In this document: positions 21,659-32,667 of the stretch, piece after piece
How the letters are laid out: the number at the start of each line of letters is the position of its first letter
How positions within the stretch are numbered: the first letter of the stretch is position 1
Virus record (IMG/VR): IMGVR_UViG_3300032007_000039
Length of the DNA stretch: 64,000 nucleotides
Source: an uncultured virus (IMG/VR IMGVR_UViG_3300032007_000039)
Lineage: Duplodnaviria > Heunggongvirae > Uroviricota > Caudoviricetes
Direction: 5' to 3' (one strand)
The notes under the pieces: model-generated
Told to the model about the DNA's origin: nothing
Seen by the model: only the letters and a program-made list of their open reading frames with translations
Databases searched by the model: none
Program-made: the position numbers and the translations under genes

Positions 21659-21913
21659 TCAATAACCAATTTTGAAAACTGTTTCTCCGTCTTGCCAATC
21701 TTCTTCCTTGATTACAAAGCCTTCTCCAATCAAGAAGGCTTTTGCAAATTCGCCTTTTTCTAAAGGAATTTCAATTAAGGCTTCGAAATCACCATCCATT
21801 AAAGAATCTTCAATTTGTTCAACGATTTCTCTTTTTGTTCCCTCGTCAAGTTTCCCAGCTTTTTCTTTCATCAAAGAGACTGTTTCTTGATGATACTTTT
21901 CGGCTAATGTCAT
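21659..21913 (-). CDS. hypothetical protein
   Basis: cassette. Confidence 0.85.
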   Translation of the reverse strand: MTLAEKYHQETVSLMKEKAGKLDEGTKREIVEQIEDSLMDGDFEALIEIPLEKGEFAKAFLIGEGFVIKEEDWQDGETVFKIGY

Positions 21914-22015
21914 GAAAATCCTCTCCTTTGTAGAACCTGTTGTTTTCTCTATGGTTATATATTATCATACTATAATCTATTTGTCAATACTTTTTATATA
22001 AAAATTTTATTCAGT

Positions 22016-22435
22016 TCAATTATAGTTTTTCAGTAACATAGTTATTCTAGTCATTGTATCAGTTACTTTTTGTTTTTGCTTATTGTTCATTGAATGATAT
22101 TTTTTGAAAAATTTTTCCTCTCTCTTTTTTTCAAATTCAAACCCTTCACGATACTTTGGTATTTTTTTTAATTCATCAAATGAATAACTTTGTAGCTTAC
22201 AAATTGTATCCTTTGTATCTTGTGTAATATTTTTATTGTACCTACATTCTTCAATTTTATCATGGATAACACTAGAATGATAACTAATCTTATTGATATA
22301 AAATGTCATTTCATTACGAAATATTTTTTGTCTATCCATATCTTCATGAATATAATCTAAAATACCACAATAATATGCCATAGCATTTATATCAGAATAG
22401 CAATTATCCATAAGTTCTTTACTCATAGCATCCAT
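22016..22435 (-). CDS. hypothetical protein
   Basis: ORF track. Confidence 0.75.
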   Translation of the reverse strand: MDAMSKELMDNCYSDINAMAYYCGILDYIHEDMDRQKIFRNEMTFYINKISYHSSVIHDKIEECRYNKNITQDTKDTICKLQSYSFDELKKIPKYREGFEFEKKREEKFFKKYHSMNNKQKQKVTDTMTRITMLLKNYN

Positions 22436-22452
22436 GATAAAAACCCTTTCAA

Positions 22453-22824
22453 TTAATCCATTTGATTTACTTTTTTAGTTAATTCAGTTTTGGCAAACGA
22501 ATATCCTTTTTTGAAATTTGTTTCCTTATTCAACATATCCGATATTACCAATTCATCAATAGTTGACTTTTTGATACAATCAATCTCTTTTCTCATTGTA
22601 TCAGAAAATACACTTTCATCATATCCATTATACGAAAGTAGACTGTTCTTGTAATTATTCAGTTTTTTATTCATCCTCGTTTTCATTTTATTTTGAGACA
22701 CAAGCTCTTTTCGTTTCCCTTCACGACCATTATATACCTTTGTTAGATATTTGTACTGACCTAAATCAAAACGAAAATCATTTACCATTTCATATACAAT
22801 TTTTACCAAATCTGTATTAGTCAT
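22453..22824 (-). CDS. hypothetical protein
   Basis: AGGGAG RBS before ATG 22824. Confidence 0.75.
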   Translation of the reverse strand: MTNTDLVKIVYEMVNDFRFDLGQYKYLTKVYNGREGKRKELVSQNKMKTRMNKKLNNYKNSLLSYNGYDESVFSDTMRKEIDCIKKSTIDELVISDMLNKETNFKKGYSFAKTELTKKVNQMD

Positions 22825-23132
22825 TTTGAACAACTCCCTTCTTGTTTCAATATAAGTATAACACACATACATACATAAAGTCAAGTATTTTTTTATTGCA
22901 ATTAATTTTATAAAACATTTTACAATATCTATGTATATCAATCTGTAAAATGTTTTATCTATTTATTTGTAATAAAAATAATTACATTGTAGAATTGCCT
23001 ACAAGTGTTATTAAAACACTACTACATATAAATACTCGCATACTAGTATAAAACGCGCTACAGGCTAATTCTAGTGTATCAGAATAACAAAATAGCAGGG
23101 AATTTATTCCCTGCTATCATTTGAATTGCCTA

Positions 23133-23825
23133 TCAAAGTTTCTCTAAAAATCCTGCTTTTTTTGCTTTATTCTTCCCTACTCCATGAACCGGGAAAGTGA
23201 TAACTGTTTTTCTGTCTTTTTTCCAACACTTACCACAATTCACACATTGTACGTTTTCGTAAATCGTAGCGGGGCATTGTTCATATGTAATACCATCAAT
23301 TACACGTTTTTTCTTACTCATACTCTCAACTGCCATAACGCAATTTACACCTGCTTCATGACAGATTTTTGCTTTATCCTGTTTTTCAACAGAAAAGTTG
23401 ATAATGAAACCTGCTTTACGCGCTTCTCTTGCTATTGCAAGATTTCTTTCATTTGTCGTACAATGAGTATACGTATATACTACATGACCTTTATACGCTT
23501 GCATAAGCGTCTGTACAAGTTTTTCGTCAATATCGCTTGTTCCTTCTTTAGCAATATCACCTGCTACGTTATGACGAATAACAGGCGTGCAAGGATTTGT
23601 TTCAAGAACCTTTTTCAAATCGTTAGGAGTAACTACGTTCACACCCTCGCCCCTATCGACTTTATGCCAATGAATAGCGCAAGGACCACTCTTTGCATAG
23701 CAACCGTTATTACGGAAAGGACAACGAGTCGGGCAAGTGTTGCTAGACGTATATGTTTGACTGATTGCGCCCGTCTTGATGTTTTTGCTATTGCTAACAA
23801 ATTTGATATACGTTTTAGTAGCCAT
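23133..23825 (-). CDS. Cys-rich phage protein, gp88-like (TCPTRCPF..GCYA; RHNVAGD; CVNCGKC)
   Basis: motif resemblance; possible Fe-S binding. Confidence 0.7.
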   Translation of the reverse strand: MATKTYIKFVSNSKNIKTGAISQTYTSSNTCPTRCPFRNNGCYAKSGPCAIHWHKVDRGEGVNVVTPNDLKKVLETNPCTPVIRHNVAGDIAKEGTSDIDEKLVQTLMQAYKGHVVYTYTHCTTNERNLAIAREARKAGFIINFSVEKQDKAKICHEAGVNCVMAVESMSKKKRVIDGITYEQCPATIYENVQCVNCGKCWKKDRKTVITFPVHGVGKNKAKKAGFLEKL

Positions 23826-24312
23826 GATGAATTACCTCCATTGTTTGAGAACCATTCGATTAGGTTTCTCTCTTTCCCTAACCTTTGTCTATATTATAAC
23901 GTTTATCGGATGCTTTGTCAATAGTTTTTGTATAAAAATATAAAAATTTTTTGTTCGTCTGTTCGTCTGAAAGTATAAAACATTTTACAATTTTGGATTA
24001 AAACATTTTATTTGTAAAATGTTTTATATCGTGAAAATAAAAAAAAGAGTAGTATTACTACTCTTATGCTATTAATCTTCTTTTTCACAAATTTGTAAAT
24101 AATCGGGAGAAATATTTTCTGTATATTCAAAGGAATAGGGTTTTTCACCTTCTTCCAAAATAATGTTTTTATCGTTATGAAGATGGGATTGATTCAATTT
24201 AGATATATCAATTTTGAAAACTACGATTTTATCGTTTTCAATTGGTACAGAAATTGTCAGACATTTTATTTTATGGGACAAAAAAAGAGAGGGTTTTTCC
24301 CTCTCCATTGAA

Positions 24313-24732
24313 TCAATACTTTTCAGCTTCCTCTTTTGTTTTGAAGTAACGAATGCCATCCAAGAATTCTTCCACATCTTTCAAATCTCCGTAATTGATA
24401 GCATCCATAGCGGTATCATAGTTTTCTAAATCCTGTCCGCGAAGTTTGAAATCAAAATCTGTAGGGTCTTTGACGTAATCATCAGAAATTTGAAAGATGA
24501 AACTTGTATCGCCCGAAATGATATACTCGCGACCATCGAAAGCATATTCATTTCCCTTCTGTACATCACTAGCATAACTTGCAGAAATATTGTAAAGCTG
24601 ACCACAATCTGCATTTTCTACGCTATCATCATAGAAGGAATTTTCATCCCCATCATAAGCAAGATTGATAGCTTCTTTATCCTGATTGCAGTAATAGGAA
24701 CCGACGGCATGAATGAAAACTTTTGCGTACAT
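24313..24732 (-). CDS. acidic hypothetical protein
   Basis: GGAGG RBS, terminator at ~24281-24306. Confidence 0.85.
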   Translation of the reverse strand: MYAKVFIHAVGSYYCNQDKEAINLAYDGDENSFYDDSVENADCGQLYNISASYASDVQKGNEYAFDGREYIISGDTSFIFQISDDYVKDPTDFDFKLRGQDLENYDTAMDAINYGDLKDVEEFLDGIRYFKTKEEAEKY

Positions 24733-24783
24733 GATGAATACCTCCGTTTTTTAACTGTTTTCCTTATCTCTGTATTTAGTGTA

Positions 24784-25014
24784 TCACTCTTTTGCTTGTT
24801 TGTCAACAGGTTTTTTATGAACTTCCTGTTGAGCTTGCTGAATCACTTGTGCAATTTCAACGTCATCCACTCCAAAAATAGTCATGAAAGTAATTGCCGT
24901 ATTGAAAGAGTGTTCAAGTTCTCTGCAAGCAGAAAAAGCGGCATCGAAAGTTTCCTTGAAATCTTTATCAAGGAAAGAAATGTCTTTGTTTTGAACGCGA
25001 TTGTAGTAATCCAT
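24784..25014 (-). CDS. possible gene fragment running into the next promoter
   Basis: ORF track, no clear RBS. Confidence 0.35.
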   Translation of the reverse strand: MDYYNRVQNKDISFLDKDFKETFDAAFSACRELEHSFNTAITFMTIFGVDDVEIAQVIQQAQQEVHKKPVDKQAKE

Positions 25015-25116
25015 GAAAAATGTTTTTGAAAAATGTCTGAAGATTTCTTGATGGAATTGTCAAACATTTTATTGATAGAATGGCAAAAAGACGGCAGAAA
25101 TGCCGTCTTTTGATAG

Positions 25117-25386
25117 TTAATTACGAAAAGCCTGTAAGTAGGCTTTATAGAGGTTATTCATGAGAATAGCATAGCTAATATTGACATTGGAGACGTAATT
25201 GCTGTTGTTGTGGACATCTACCAAAAGGTGGAAAATTTCATCTCCAATGGTATTTCCAAACTCATTTCTATCCATCCCTTTGGAAAGGGAGAATGAAAAC
25301 GACTTGTGAAAGTCGCTTGTTGCTTTCAAGATATAGCAATTTGTGTCTTTGTCGAAATGATTATCCCAAGTCCAAGTGTTCATCAT
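25117..25386 (-). CDS. hypothetical protein
   Basis: ORF track, terminator downstream. Confidence 0.75.
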   Translation of the reverse strand: MMNTWTWDNHFDKDTNCYILKATSDFHKSFSFSLSKGMDRNEFGNTIGDEIFHLLVDVHNNSNYVSNVNISYAILMNNLYKAYLQAFRN

Positions 25387-25401
25387 TTTGATTCCATCCT
25401 A

Positions 25402-25614
25402 TTACATTCCGAAGAATTTCAATGCTTTATCAATCGTGTATTCCCAATCATTGAGAAGGACGGCAGAAATTGCAATCCCTTTTGCAATATCTTTTGCCGC
25501 TTCTTTACGTTCGGCACGCTTTTTTGCGGCAAGTTCTTTGCGCTTGACGAAAAGATTCCATTTTGTATTGTTATCAAGGTTATAGCGAAGTGCTTCAATG
25601 TCATCGTAAGTCAT
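25402..25614 (-). CDS. 70-aa protein, paralog of 31428..31640 (ends FFGM)
   Basis: shared W.LFV.R...DW.YTID. Confidence 0.8.
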   Translation of the reverse strand: MTYDDIEALRYNLDNNTKWNLFVKRKELAAKKRAERKEAAKDIAKGIAISAVLLNDWEYTIDKALKFFGM

Positions 25615-25810
25615 TTTGATTACCTCCAAATTTTGTCGTTTCCTTATCTCTTGTCTATATATTATCATGATACGGATATATTGTCAAGCACTTTTTTATA
25701 AAGGGAAGAAATTTTTTTGTGCATGAAATTGTCAGACATTTTACTAGGAAAATATATATAAAAAGGATAGGGAACAAAACCCTATCCTTTTTTTGACAAT
25801 TTATAGATTA

Positions 25811-26068
25811 TTAATTTACGTATGTAATATAGCGTGTATATGCGTCTTTTTTGACTTTACCAATAAGTTTGAAGATAGAAGCATCTTCAATTCTTTCAAA
25901 TGTACAATCATCAATCTTATTTAATTTCATCTTTTCTGCAAAAACTTTTTTAATCAGTTCCTTTTTTTGTTCTGAACATTTTACCCATTTAGCATTGTTT
26001 TCATCTTCAACAATGTTAAACACCCCATTGATTTTAGGAAAGTGCATTTTGTTCTTCATGTTAATCAT
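25811..26068 (-). CDS. hypothetical protein
   Basis: AGGAGG RBS. Confidence 0.8.
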   Translation of the reverse strand: MINMKNKMHFPKINGVFNIVEDENNAKWVKCSEQKKELIKKVFAEKMKLNKIDDCTFERIEDASIFKLIGKVKKDAYTRYITYVN

Positions 26069-26301
26069 TATGATTACCTCCTATAAAACCCAATTGCTCT
26101 CTTGTGAAGTTTCTTTTGTTTTACTTCTCTTGTATTGTACACCTAATCGATAAAAATTTCAATTTATATACAATTATGTATTTATGATAAATCGGTTAAA
26201 CACCTTATAAAACATTTTACAATTATTCGCTTGTATAAAATTGTGTAAAATGTTTTATATTAAAACAAAAAAAACAGGGAGGAAAATCCTCCCTGTTTAC
26301 G

Positions 26302-26454
26302 TCAACTGTTTTCCTTAATCATTTCCTCCACATCTTTCATAAGGCTTTCGTACTCGCTCTTTGAGCGAGCGTTCATAGCTCCCACATAAATAGTGTAAAT
26401 ATCCTCCGCGACCTGTGCGTTTTTAATGTTTTTAAGCGCTTCCATAATATCCAT
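26302..26454 (-). CDS. 50-aa protein MDIMEALKNIKNAQ...KENS
   Basis: GGAGG RBS and terminator; below ORF-track cutoff. Confidence 0.7.
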   Translation of the reverse strand: MDIMEALKNIKNAQVAEDIYTIYVGAMNARSKSEYESLMKDVEEMIKENS

Positions 26455-26515
26455 GATTTATACCTCCATTTTATAGATGAACAACATTTTATAGTTATCA
26501 TCATATATTGTTCCA

Positions 26516-27229
26516 TCAAATTTCAAACTTAATTTTGCTATTTACGCAAAGTTTTCTCTCTGGAAAATCATGTATAACGGTATACTTCTTATCAGTAAAC
26601 CGAAATATATGATTCCTAAACAAAGATACCATATCAATTCTACCAAGAATTTTATAATTCTTAGTATCATTAAGTACCCATCTTTCCCCAAACTTTCTAA
26701 AATCAGATGCGTTTGGGGGGAGATAGCTCTTTTCCATTACCTTCAATAACTGTACATTCTTTATTAAATAAAATCTGAAATATATTTCTTCATCATCTTC
26801 TCTGATAAATTCAATGCTCCAACAATACGGATTAAACAATCTAATGATAAATTTGATTTCAGAAATAGATATGCTTTTGTACCTAAAGATTATATGATTA
26901 ACAGAGCTAGCATCATACATCAACCTTACAGTACTTTCTGGAAACTTTGTTTCAAAGACATTAAATGCATCTTTCATCTTCTTCTCTATAGTTATATTCT
27001 TTTCATAATGATATGTATCATATAGCCAACTATAAAGAGCGGTATATGTTTTATTATATACTTTACAATTACCAATAATTGGATGTATAGCTAACATGCA
27101 TTTTATTGGATTATCCGATACGCATGTACGTGGTATATCTCCTTCTTCATTAATCAGACAAGGTGGTACATGAGTTTTTAATACCTCGCCTTCATTGAAT
27201 TCTATTTTTGCTATATGATACATATCCAT
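26516..27229 (-). CDS. hypothetical protein
   Basis: ORF track. Confidence 0.75.
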   Translation of the reverse strand: MDMYHIAKIEFNEGEVLKTHVPPCLINEEGDIPRTCVSDNPIKCMLAIHPIIGNCKVYNKTYTALYSWLYDTYHYEKNITIEKKMKDAFNVFETKFPESTVRLMYDASSVNHIIFRYKSISISEIKFIIRLFNPYCWSIEFIREDDEEIYFRFYLIKNVQLLKVMEKSYLPPNASDFRKFGERWVLNDTKNYKILGRIDMVSLFRNHIFRFTDKKYTVIHDFPERKLCVNSKIKFEI

Positions 27230-27249
27230 ATTATTACCACCTTAATAAA

Positions 27250-27335
27250 GAAGCGTTCCTTAAAACCTGTACGCCGACAGTAAGACGTGAGCTAACTTGT
27301 CTTACTTGGCACACTATGCGTCCGCCTAAGAACGT
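27250..27335 (-). ncRNA. candidate structured leader RNA
   Basis: nested stems GTGTGCC/GGCGTAC and AGTAAGAC/GTCTTACT downstream of a TTGACA promoter. Confidence 0.45.
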
Positions 27336-27411
27336 ATCTCTTAACGTTTCCGTTCTTCTCACTATATATAGCATACATCAACCGAACGTATGTGTCAAGT
27401 ATCTTTTATAA

Positions 27412-27642
27412 TTAATCTTGTGTTTCTACTACATCAAAATGCAACCATTTATCCCAAGCCATATCCATATAATCATTCTGTTTAATACATTCATCTACGG
27501 ATTTTTCTTCAAAATCTGCTCCATAATCTTTCATGTATTTTTTGATAAAACTTTCAAATACTTTTCGCGCAGTATATTCGTCACGATAATAAATATTTGT
27601 TGCATCACCATTATCACATTTTGTAATTACATATAAAGTCAT
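27412..27642 (-). CDS. hypothetical protein
   Basis: AGGAGG RBS. Confidence 0.8.
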   Translation of the reverse strand: MTLYVITKCDNGDATNIYYRDEYTARKVFESFIKKYMKDYGADFEEKSVDECIKQNDYMDMAWDKWLHFDVVETQD

Positions 27643-27812
27643 AATTATATCCTCCTAGTTTATCAATAGAACATTTTACAATTTTTCTTTTTATTCCTAC
27701 ATACCATATAGTATATTTTTTTTTGTAAAATGTCTTACACAAAAAGAAAATTTAGTAGTAAAAATAGATATTACTAAAACAACAATAGGAAATATAAAAA
27801 ATCCTAACATAA

Positions 27813-28769
27813 TTATTCTTTCATATCTACTATATACGATTTATTCACCTGTCCATTTTTGACATTACCTACAATAATATCATCAAACCAAAAAACGCCT
27901 TTCAATTTTCCAAACAAACCCTTGCCTTTTGTATAGTCTGCAAAATGACCTCTACGAATATGATAAGCTCTTTTATCCCCTGTATGATTTATTTCACCAA
28001 TATAATTTTTTCTCGCTTGCATTGGTTTAATATGAACAATATTATGTGTTACTTTTGAGCCTTTTTTCTTATTGAATTTATGACCTTTTTTTGTAATATC
28101 CACTGATACATTTTTGCAATTTAAAATAGAAACAATGAAATAAGTTAAATGATTTAAAAAATCATATAATGCTCCAATAGTTTCACAATCTTTACGTAAA
28201 TTTTCTTTTCTACAAACTTTTGCAATATCAGGGTCAGTAAAGTTATAATACCCTTCCATGCGTTTACCATTGTTATTTACAAAGAATTGAATACCACCAA
28301 AACTATTCCATTTATGTTTATCTGTATAAAAATTGAAATTCGTTTTGACTAAATATTTTGCTTTATAAATATCACCATGAACAAATATTCTTTGTGTCTT
28401 ACACATACTTACCAATTGATTTAACATGTCATCTGCAAGAAACGGCATTGTATCAACGGTATTATCAAATTTACAAATATCATTAATTTTGATTTCAGAA
28501 AATGAAATAAATTTATCTACACTTTTTTGCGTATCTGCAATTACATTATCATTAACAGGATAATAATCCATGTCAATCTGTATCATATTAATATGTACTT
28601 CTTTCATCCATATTCCAAAATTTGTTCCGTTCAAACTATCTCTATCAAAAACCATGCTATAGTTTTTGAAAATAGGGAACATAGATACATTTGTATTCCG
28701 CCCATATTGTTCTGTATTGTCAAGGTAAATTTTAACCACATCATTTACATTAATAATTTGTCTTTCCAT
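27813..28769 (-). CDS. phage protein with a C-terminal H.RRGH motif
   Basis: cassette; HIRRGHF. Confidence 0.85.
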   Translation of the reverse strand: MERQIINVNDVVKIYLDNTEQYGRNTNVSMFPIFKNYSMVFDRDSLNGTNFGIWMKEVHINMIQIDMDYYPVNDNVIADTQKSVDKFISFSEIKINDICKFDNTVDTMPFLADDMLNQLVSMCKTQRIFVHGDIYKAKYLVKTNFNFYTDKHKWNSFGGIQFFVNNNGKRMEGYYNFTDPDIAKVCRKENLRKDCETIGALYDFLNHLTYFIVSILNCKNVSVDITKKGHKFNKKKGSKVTHNIVHIKPMQARKNYIGEINHTGDKRAYHIRRGHFADYTKGKGLFGKLKGVFWFDDIIVGNVKNGQVNKSYIVDMKE

Positions 28770-28944
28770 TTTAATTTACCTCCATCTTATCACCTTATTT
28801 GCATTATACCATATACAAAAAATCTTGTCAATGAAATTTTGTATTTGTAAAATGTTTTATATTATATACAAAAAAATCAACGATAAAACATTTTACAAAA
28901 AATTTTGTTTAAAAATTAAAAAGAGGGAAAAACCCTCTTTTTAA

Positions 28945-29442
28945 TTACTTGATAATATATGAATATTTAGTATCACGTTTCCAAAGATGGAATGTGAGAA
29001 TGTATTCTGTCTCATATTCTTCCTCGTATTCCTCGCCTTCTTCATCTTCTTCCGTTTCTGTATACGTTTCAGTTTCCGTATACAGTTCTTCTTGTTCCAA
29101 ACCCTCGCCCCAACCATCAGAATACTGTCCAATTGTGTATTCCATAATTTGTTTTGCTTTATTTTCGTCTACGTCACTATTGAAAATATAAGTCATTTTC
29201 GTAACGCCATTATTATCCATTTCAAAATCAACAGATTTTGCGCCTGTCTGCTCTTTGAAAATGTTGAATAGTTCCTGTTTATCATTTGCAACAATGTCCT
29301 GCAATTTTTCCCACGCTTCAGGATAAAATTCCATCACGTCTTTTACAGGAATTTCAGTTTCTGCACTATTGTAACCATTGTCATAATCAGTCATAAAAAA
29401 ACGACCTTTTCCATAAACAATAATCGAATTACCCATTTTCAA
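28945..29442 (-). CDS. acidic protein with a QYSDGWGEGLEQ motif and a Glu-rich tract
   Basis: cassette. Confidence 0.85.
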   Translation of the reverse strand: MKMGNSIIVYGKGRFFMTDYDNGYNSAETEIPVKDVMEFYPEAWEKLQDIVANDKQELFNIFKEQTGAKSVDFEMDNNGVTKMTYIFNSDVDENKAKQIMEYTIGQYSDGWGEGLEQEELYTETETYTETEEDEEGEEYEEEYETEYILTFHLWKRDTKYSYIIK

Positions 29443-29596
29443 TTACCTCCTGTAATAAACCTGTTGTTCCTCTCTATGGTTATATATTACCATAGATTAT
29501 TTATTTTGTCAAGAACTTTTTATAAAAAGTATAAAAATAAAACATTTTACAAATATTATTATACTAATCACAATTTGTAAAATGTTTTATGAACAA

Positions 29597-29896
29597 TTAT
29601 GAATTTTTCTTTGCACTTATCATACCCTGTATATACAAATTAGTAAACGTTTTATTTGTGTTGTAAATATTCAAGTAATGGTTATATATGCCATACATCT
29701 GATAATGCGCTAGAGCAAGCAACAGACCGTAATAAACGCCGTCATACCACCTAGCCTTATCCTTTAGGCTAGTCATTTTTTCTATATCATTGTTACGCTC
29801 ATACACTTCATATTGACCACGAATATAACTTAATTGTTCCCATGCCTTATCTAGCTGATTAGTTATATTCTTCAATTCATCTTTCGTTGTTTCCAT
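29597..29896 (-). CDS. hypothetical protein
   Basis: AGGTG RBS before ATG 29896. Confidence 0.75.
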   Translation of the reverse strand: METTKDELKNITNQLDKAWEQLSYIRGQYEVYERNNDIEKMTSLKDKARWYDGVYYGLLLALAHYQMYGIYNHYLNIYNTNKTFTNLYIQGMISAKKNS

Positions 29897-29976
29897 TTTA
29901 ATATCACCTACCATATTTTTTGTATCAATATTATAAATAATGCTAGTGATTATTTTTATAATCACTAGCATTATTG

Positions 29977-30243
29977 TTAAATGACTTCTGCCAAACAATA
30001 TTCAATCATATTGTTTTCCTGCGGATAAACACCTTCAACATCGTCTGTCCACGAAGAATTATCTTCATCAAAAATCCAATGACCTAACAGATTTTTTGGA
30101 ATTTCTGTAATTAGTAATGGATAATCAAGGAATACACTATCGACGATATATTTACCATCTTTCTCAATGGCGAACTTGCAATCAACCCTTCTTTCCGTGC
30201 CACCATTAACGCGACGATACATAGCAATATAAGTACCTTTCAT
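29977..30243 (-). CDS. hypothetical protein
   Basis: cassette. Confidence 0.85.
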   Translation of the reverse strand: MKGTYIAMYRRVNGGTERRVDCKFAIEKDGKYIVDSVFLDYPLLITEIPKNLLGHWIFDEDNSSWTDDVEGVYPQENNMIEYCLAEVI

Positions 30244-30757
30244 TTCAAATACCTCCTATTGATTACCTTTAACTTTTCTCTATGGTTATATATTACCATA
30301 CATTATGTATTTTGTCAACATCTTTTTTATAAATCTCAATAAAAATTTTTGCACTAATAACAAGACCAACAATAAATCCAATCATAATTTCCATTTTATA
30401 CACACCTTCCTTTCATCACCTATATCATACCATATAATTACATGTTTGCCAAGATATTTTTTATCAAATAAAACATTTTACAATTTGCCCTACCCATTTT
30501 TATTTGTAAAATGTTTTATTTGATAAAGGCATTATAAAAACCGTGCGGATAGGGAATATCCTGCACGGTTCTCTTTTTATAATTTTATAATAAATCTAAA
30601 CTTAATATATAATTTCTATTTACTACATCTTACTCATTCCTTTCAAAATTGTTATTCACGCTAACACACTAGAAGTTTATCGGCATTTTATATCAAACAA
30701 ATTTATTATAATTTATATTAACCTGTCCGTGATGAACGACGAATAGATAGCATATCC

Positions 30758-31240
30758 TTATGAAAGTTTATTATACTTTTCCCAAATTTGTTTAGCCAAT
30801 TTTACAGAATATCGACTATACTGAGTCTTTAGTTCATCTACCATCTCACCGTTTTCAAAAACCATTTTGCCACAATTATAACCCATATTTTCATCAGCAT
30901 AATCTACTTCAATAGTAAGATTCGGAAACTTTTTAGTAAGAGCTTCGTATATTTCCTTTGGAGCACTCCAAGCTGTCAAAAAATAGAGTTCGTTCTCATT
31001 CCCTGTTTTTACATGTTCATAAGCATTCCACTTAGTTCCCCAGTTTTGAATACGCCAATCATACCAATCAGTATTATTTTTATATTCTGGTTCTGGAATA
31101 ACCTTATTAAAATCAATAGTTCCATAACCTGTTGCCTCATTCTTGTATTGTGCTTTTTCTTTGGCAACACTTTCCATAAAGTTCTTTACTTCTTCTGAAT
31201 CACCTTTGACTTTCACAATGTTACAAATATGATTTGGCAT
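30758..31240 (-). CDS. DUF1281/YubB ferredoxin-like domain protein
   Basis: MPNH.CN...WYDWRIQNWGTKWN...FLTAWSAP. Confidence 0.8.
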   Translation of the reverse strand: MPNHICNIVKVKGDSEEVKNFMESVAKEKAQYKNEATGYGTIDFNKVIPEPEYKNNTDWYDWRIQNWGTKWNAYEHVKTGNENELYFLTAWSAPKEIYEALTKKFPNLTIEVDYADENMGYNCGKMVFENGEMVDELKTQYSRYSVKLAKQIWEKYNKLS

Positions 31241-31427
31241 AATATATCAATCCCTTTCTTGTTTCTTTAACTTTATCTTATGTGCTTATTGTACATCATA
31301 AAATAGATAAATGTTAAAAAACGTGTGCGTTATTCTTAAAACATTGGTATCACTTACTTCCTTTCCTTTACTGTATTTACAGTATATCATATTCGTGTTG
31401 ATTTGTCAACACTTTTTTTGAACTTTT

Positions 31428-31640
31428 TTACCAACCCATAGCCTTGCAAATGTTGTCAATAGTATAATCCCAATCAATTATACATGCAAGACCGACAAAC
31501 AAGCCTGCTACTGTATCCTTAACGAATTGGTCACGCTCGTGCTTTTTGCGTGTACGCTCAACAAAAAGCTCCCAACGTTTATCACGGATAGCTTGACGAT
31601 AAATAGCAATCTGTTCGTCATTCATTTCTTCAACCCTCAT
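31428..31640 (-). CDS. 70-aa protein, paralog of 25402..25614
   Basis: GGAGG RBS, sequence similarity. Confidence 0.8.
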   Translation of the reverse strand: MRVEEMNDEQIAIYRQAIRDKRWELFVERTRKKHERDQFVKDTVAGLFVGLACIIDWDYTIDNICKAMGW

Positions 31641-31902
31641 TTTAATTACCTCCAATTTGTAGAACCTGTTGTTTTCCTTTCGATGGTTATATATTATCAT
31701 ACTACAATCTATTTGTCAATACTTTTTTTATAAAAAATAAAAAATTTTTTCAAACCTATATGATGAATAAAACATTTTACAATTTAGATAGATACAAAAA
31801 AATCCTGTATGGATTTTACACCATACAGGATTTATATTAAGACACCCGACCAGAACGGCAACCTGTCCAAATATTTATTGTAAAGTGCCATAGTATTTTC
31901 TC

Positions 31903-32646
31903 TCAATCCCACAAATCAAGAAAATACTTTCCGAAAAGCTCTTTTCCACGATTGTATTTCTTTTCGTACTCTTTAGCATCATATTTATCAGAAAATTCAT
32001 GGCAATGAGTAATCTCGTGAAACGTGAAAATCATATCATCAAGATATTTCTCCCACAGATTGCAAGGAACGCCATATCTTTTTGCGTTCTTAAAAGCAAT
32101 GAGACCTTCATAAATATACCATGCTTGGTCATCATCAAAAGCATATACTCTATTTAGATTTTTGTCAATTCTTTCTAGTTGACAAATACGTGCTTTATCA
32201 GTTATAACATAACTATAGCTCACCCATGTACTAGAAATAAATTCTATAAGATTAGCATATAGTCTAATCCCACTATTAATATCATACCTATAGTTCTTTT
32301 CGGCTTCTTTTGCATTATATGGAATTAAGCAATCATTATAATTCTCGTTCTTCCACCAAATGTACCAAGGGGAATTAGGAAAATTAAGAGATGCTTCTTC
32401 AAAAGAAAAGTATATCTTTTTTAGAACATCAAGCAAGTCTTGTTTATTTTTATCTTGACTTCCCATAGCTTTATTAAAGTTCTTCAATACTTCTTGTAAC
32501 TCATCTTCCTTAATATATTTTTCAATCCATAAGATGTAAGAACGAAGGGCAACTTTAATGTAATTTGAGAGGTCAACAAAAAGGTTATAGGGACGGCGCT
32601 TATTATACCACAAACTATGACGTTTATTGATAATTTTCTTGTTCAT
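31903..32646 (-). CDS. hypothetical protein; C-terminus similar to 55011..55532
   Basis: GKELFGKYFLDLWD vs GLNLFAKHFRDLWC. Confidence 0.8.
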   Translation of the reverse strand: MNKKIINKRHSLWYNKRRPYNLFVDLSNYIKVALRSYILWIEKYIKEDELQEVLKNFNKAMGSQDKNKQDLLDVLKKIYFSFEEASLNFPNSPWYIWWKNENYNDCLIPYNAKEAEKNYRYDINSGIRLYANLIEFISSTWVSYSYVITDKARICQLERIDKNLNRVYAFDDDQAWYIYEGLIAFKNAKRYGVPCNLWEKYLDDMIFTFHEITHCHEFSDKYDAKEYEKKYNRGKELFGKYFLDLWD

Positions 32647-32667
32647 CTTTAGACCTCCTGTCTGCAA

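Noticed and set aside
24072..24377. 101-aa ORF
   Set aside because: Its 5' part overlaps another gene and a terminator, with no credible RBS; at most a gene remnant.
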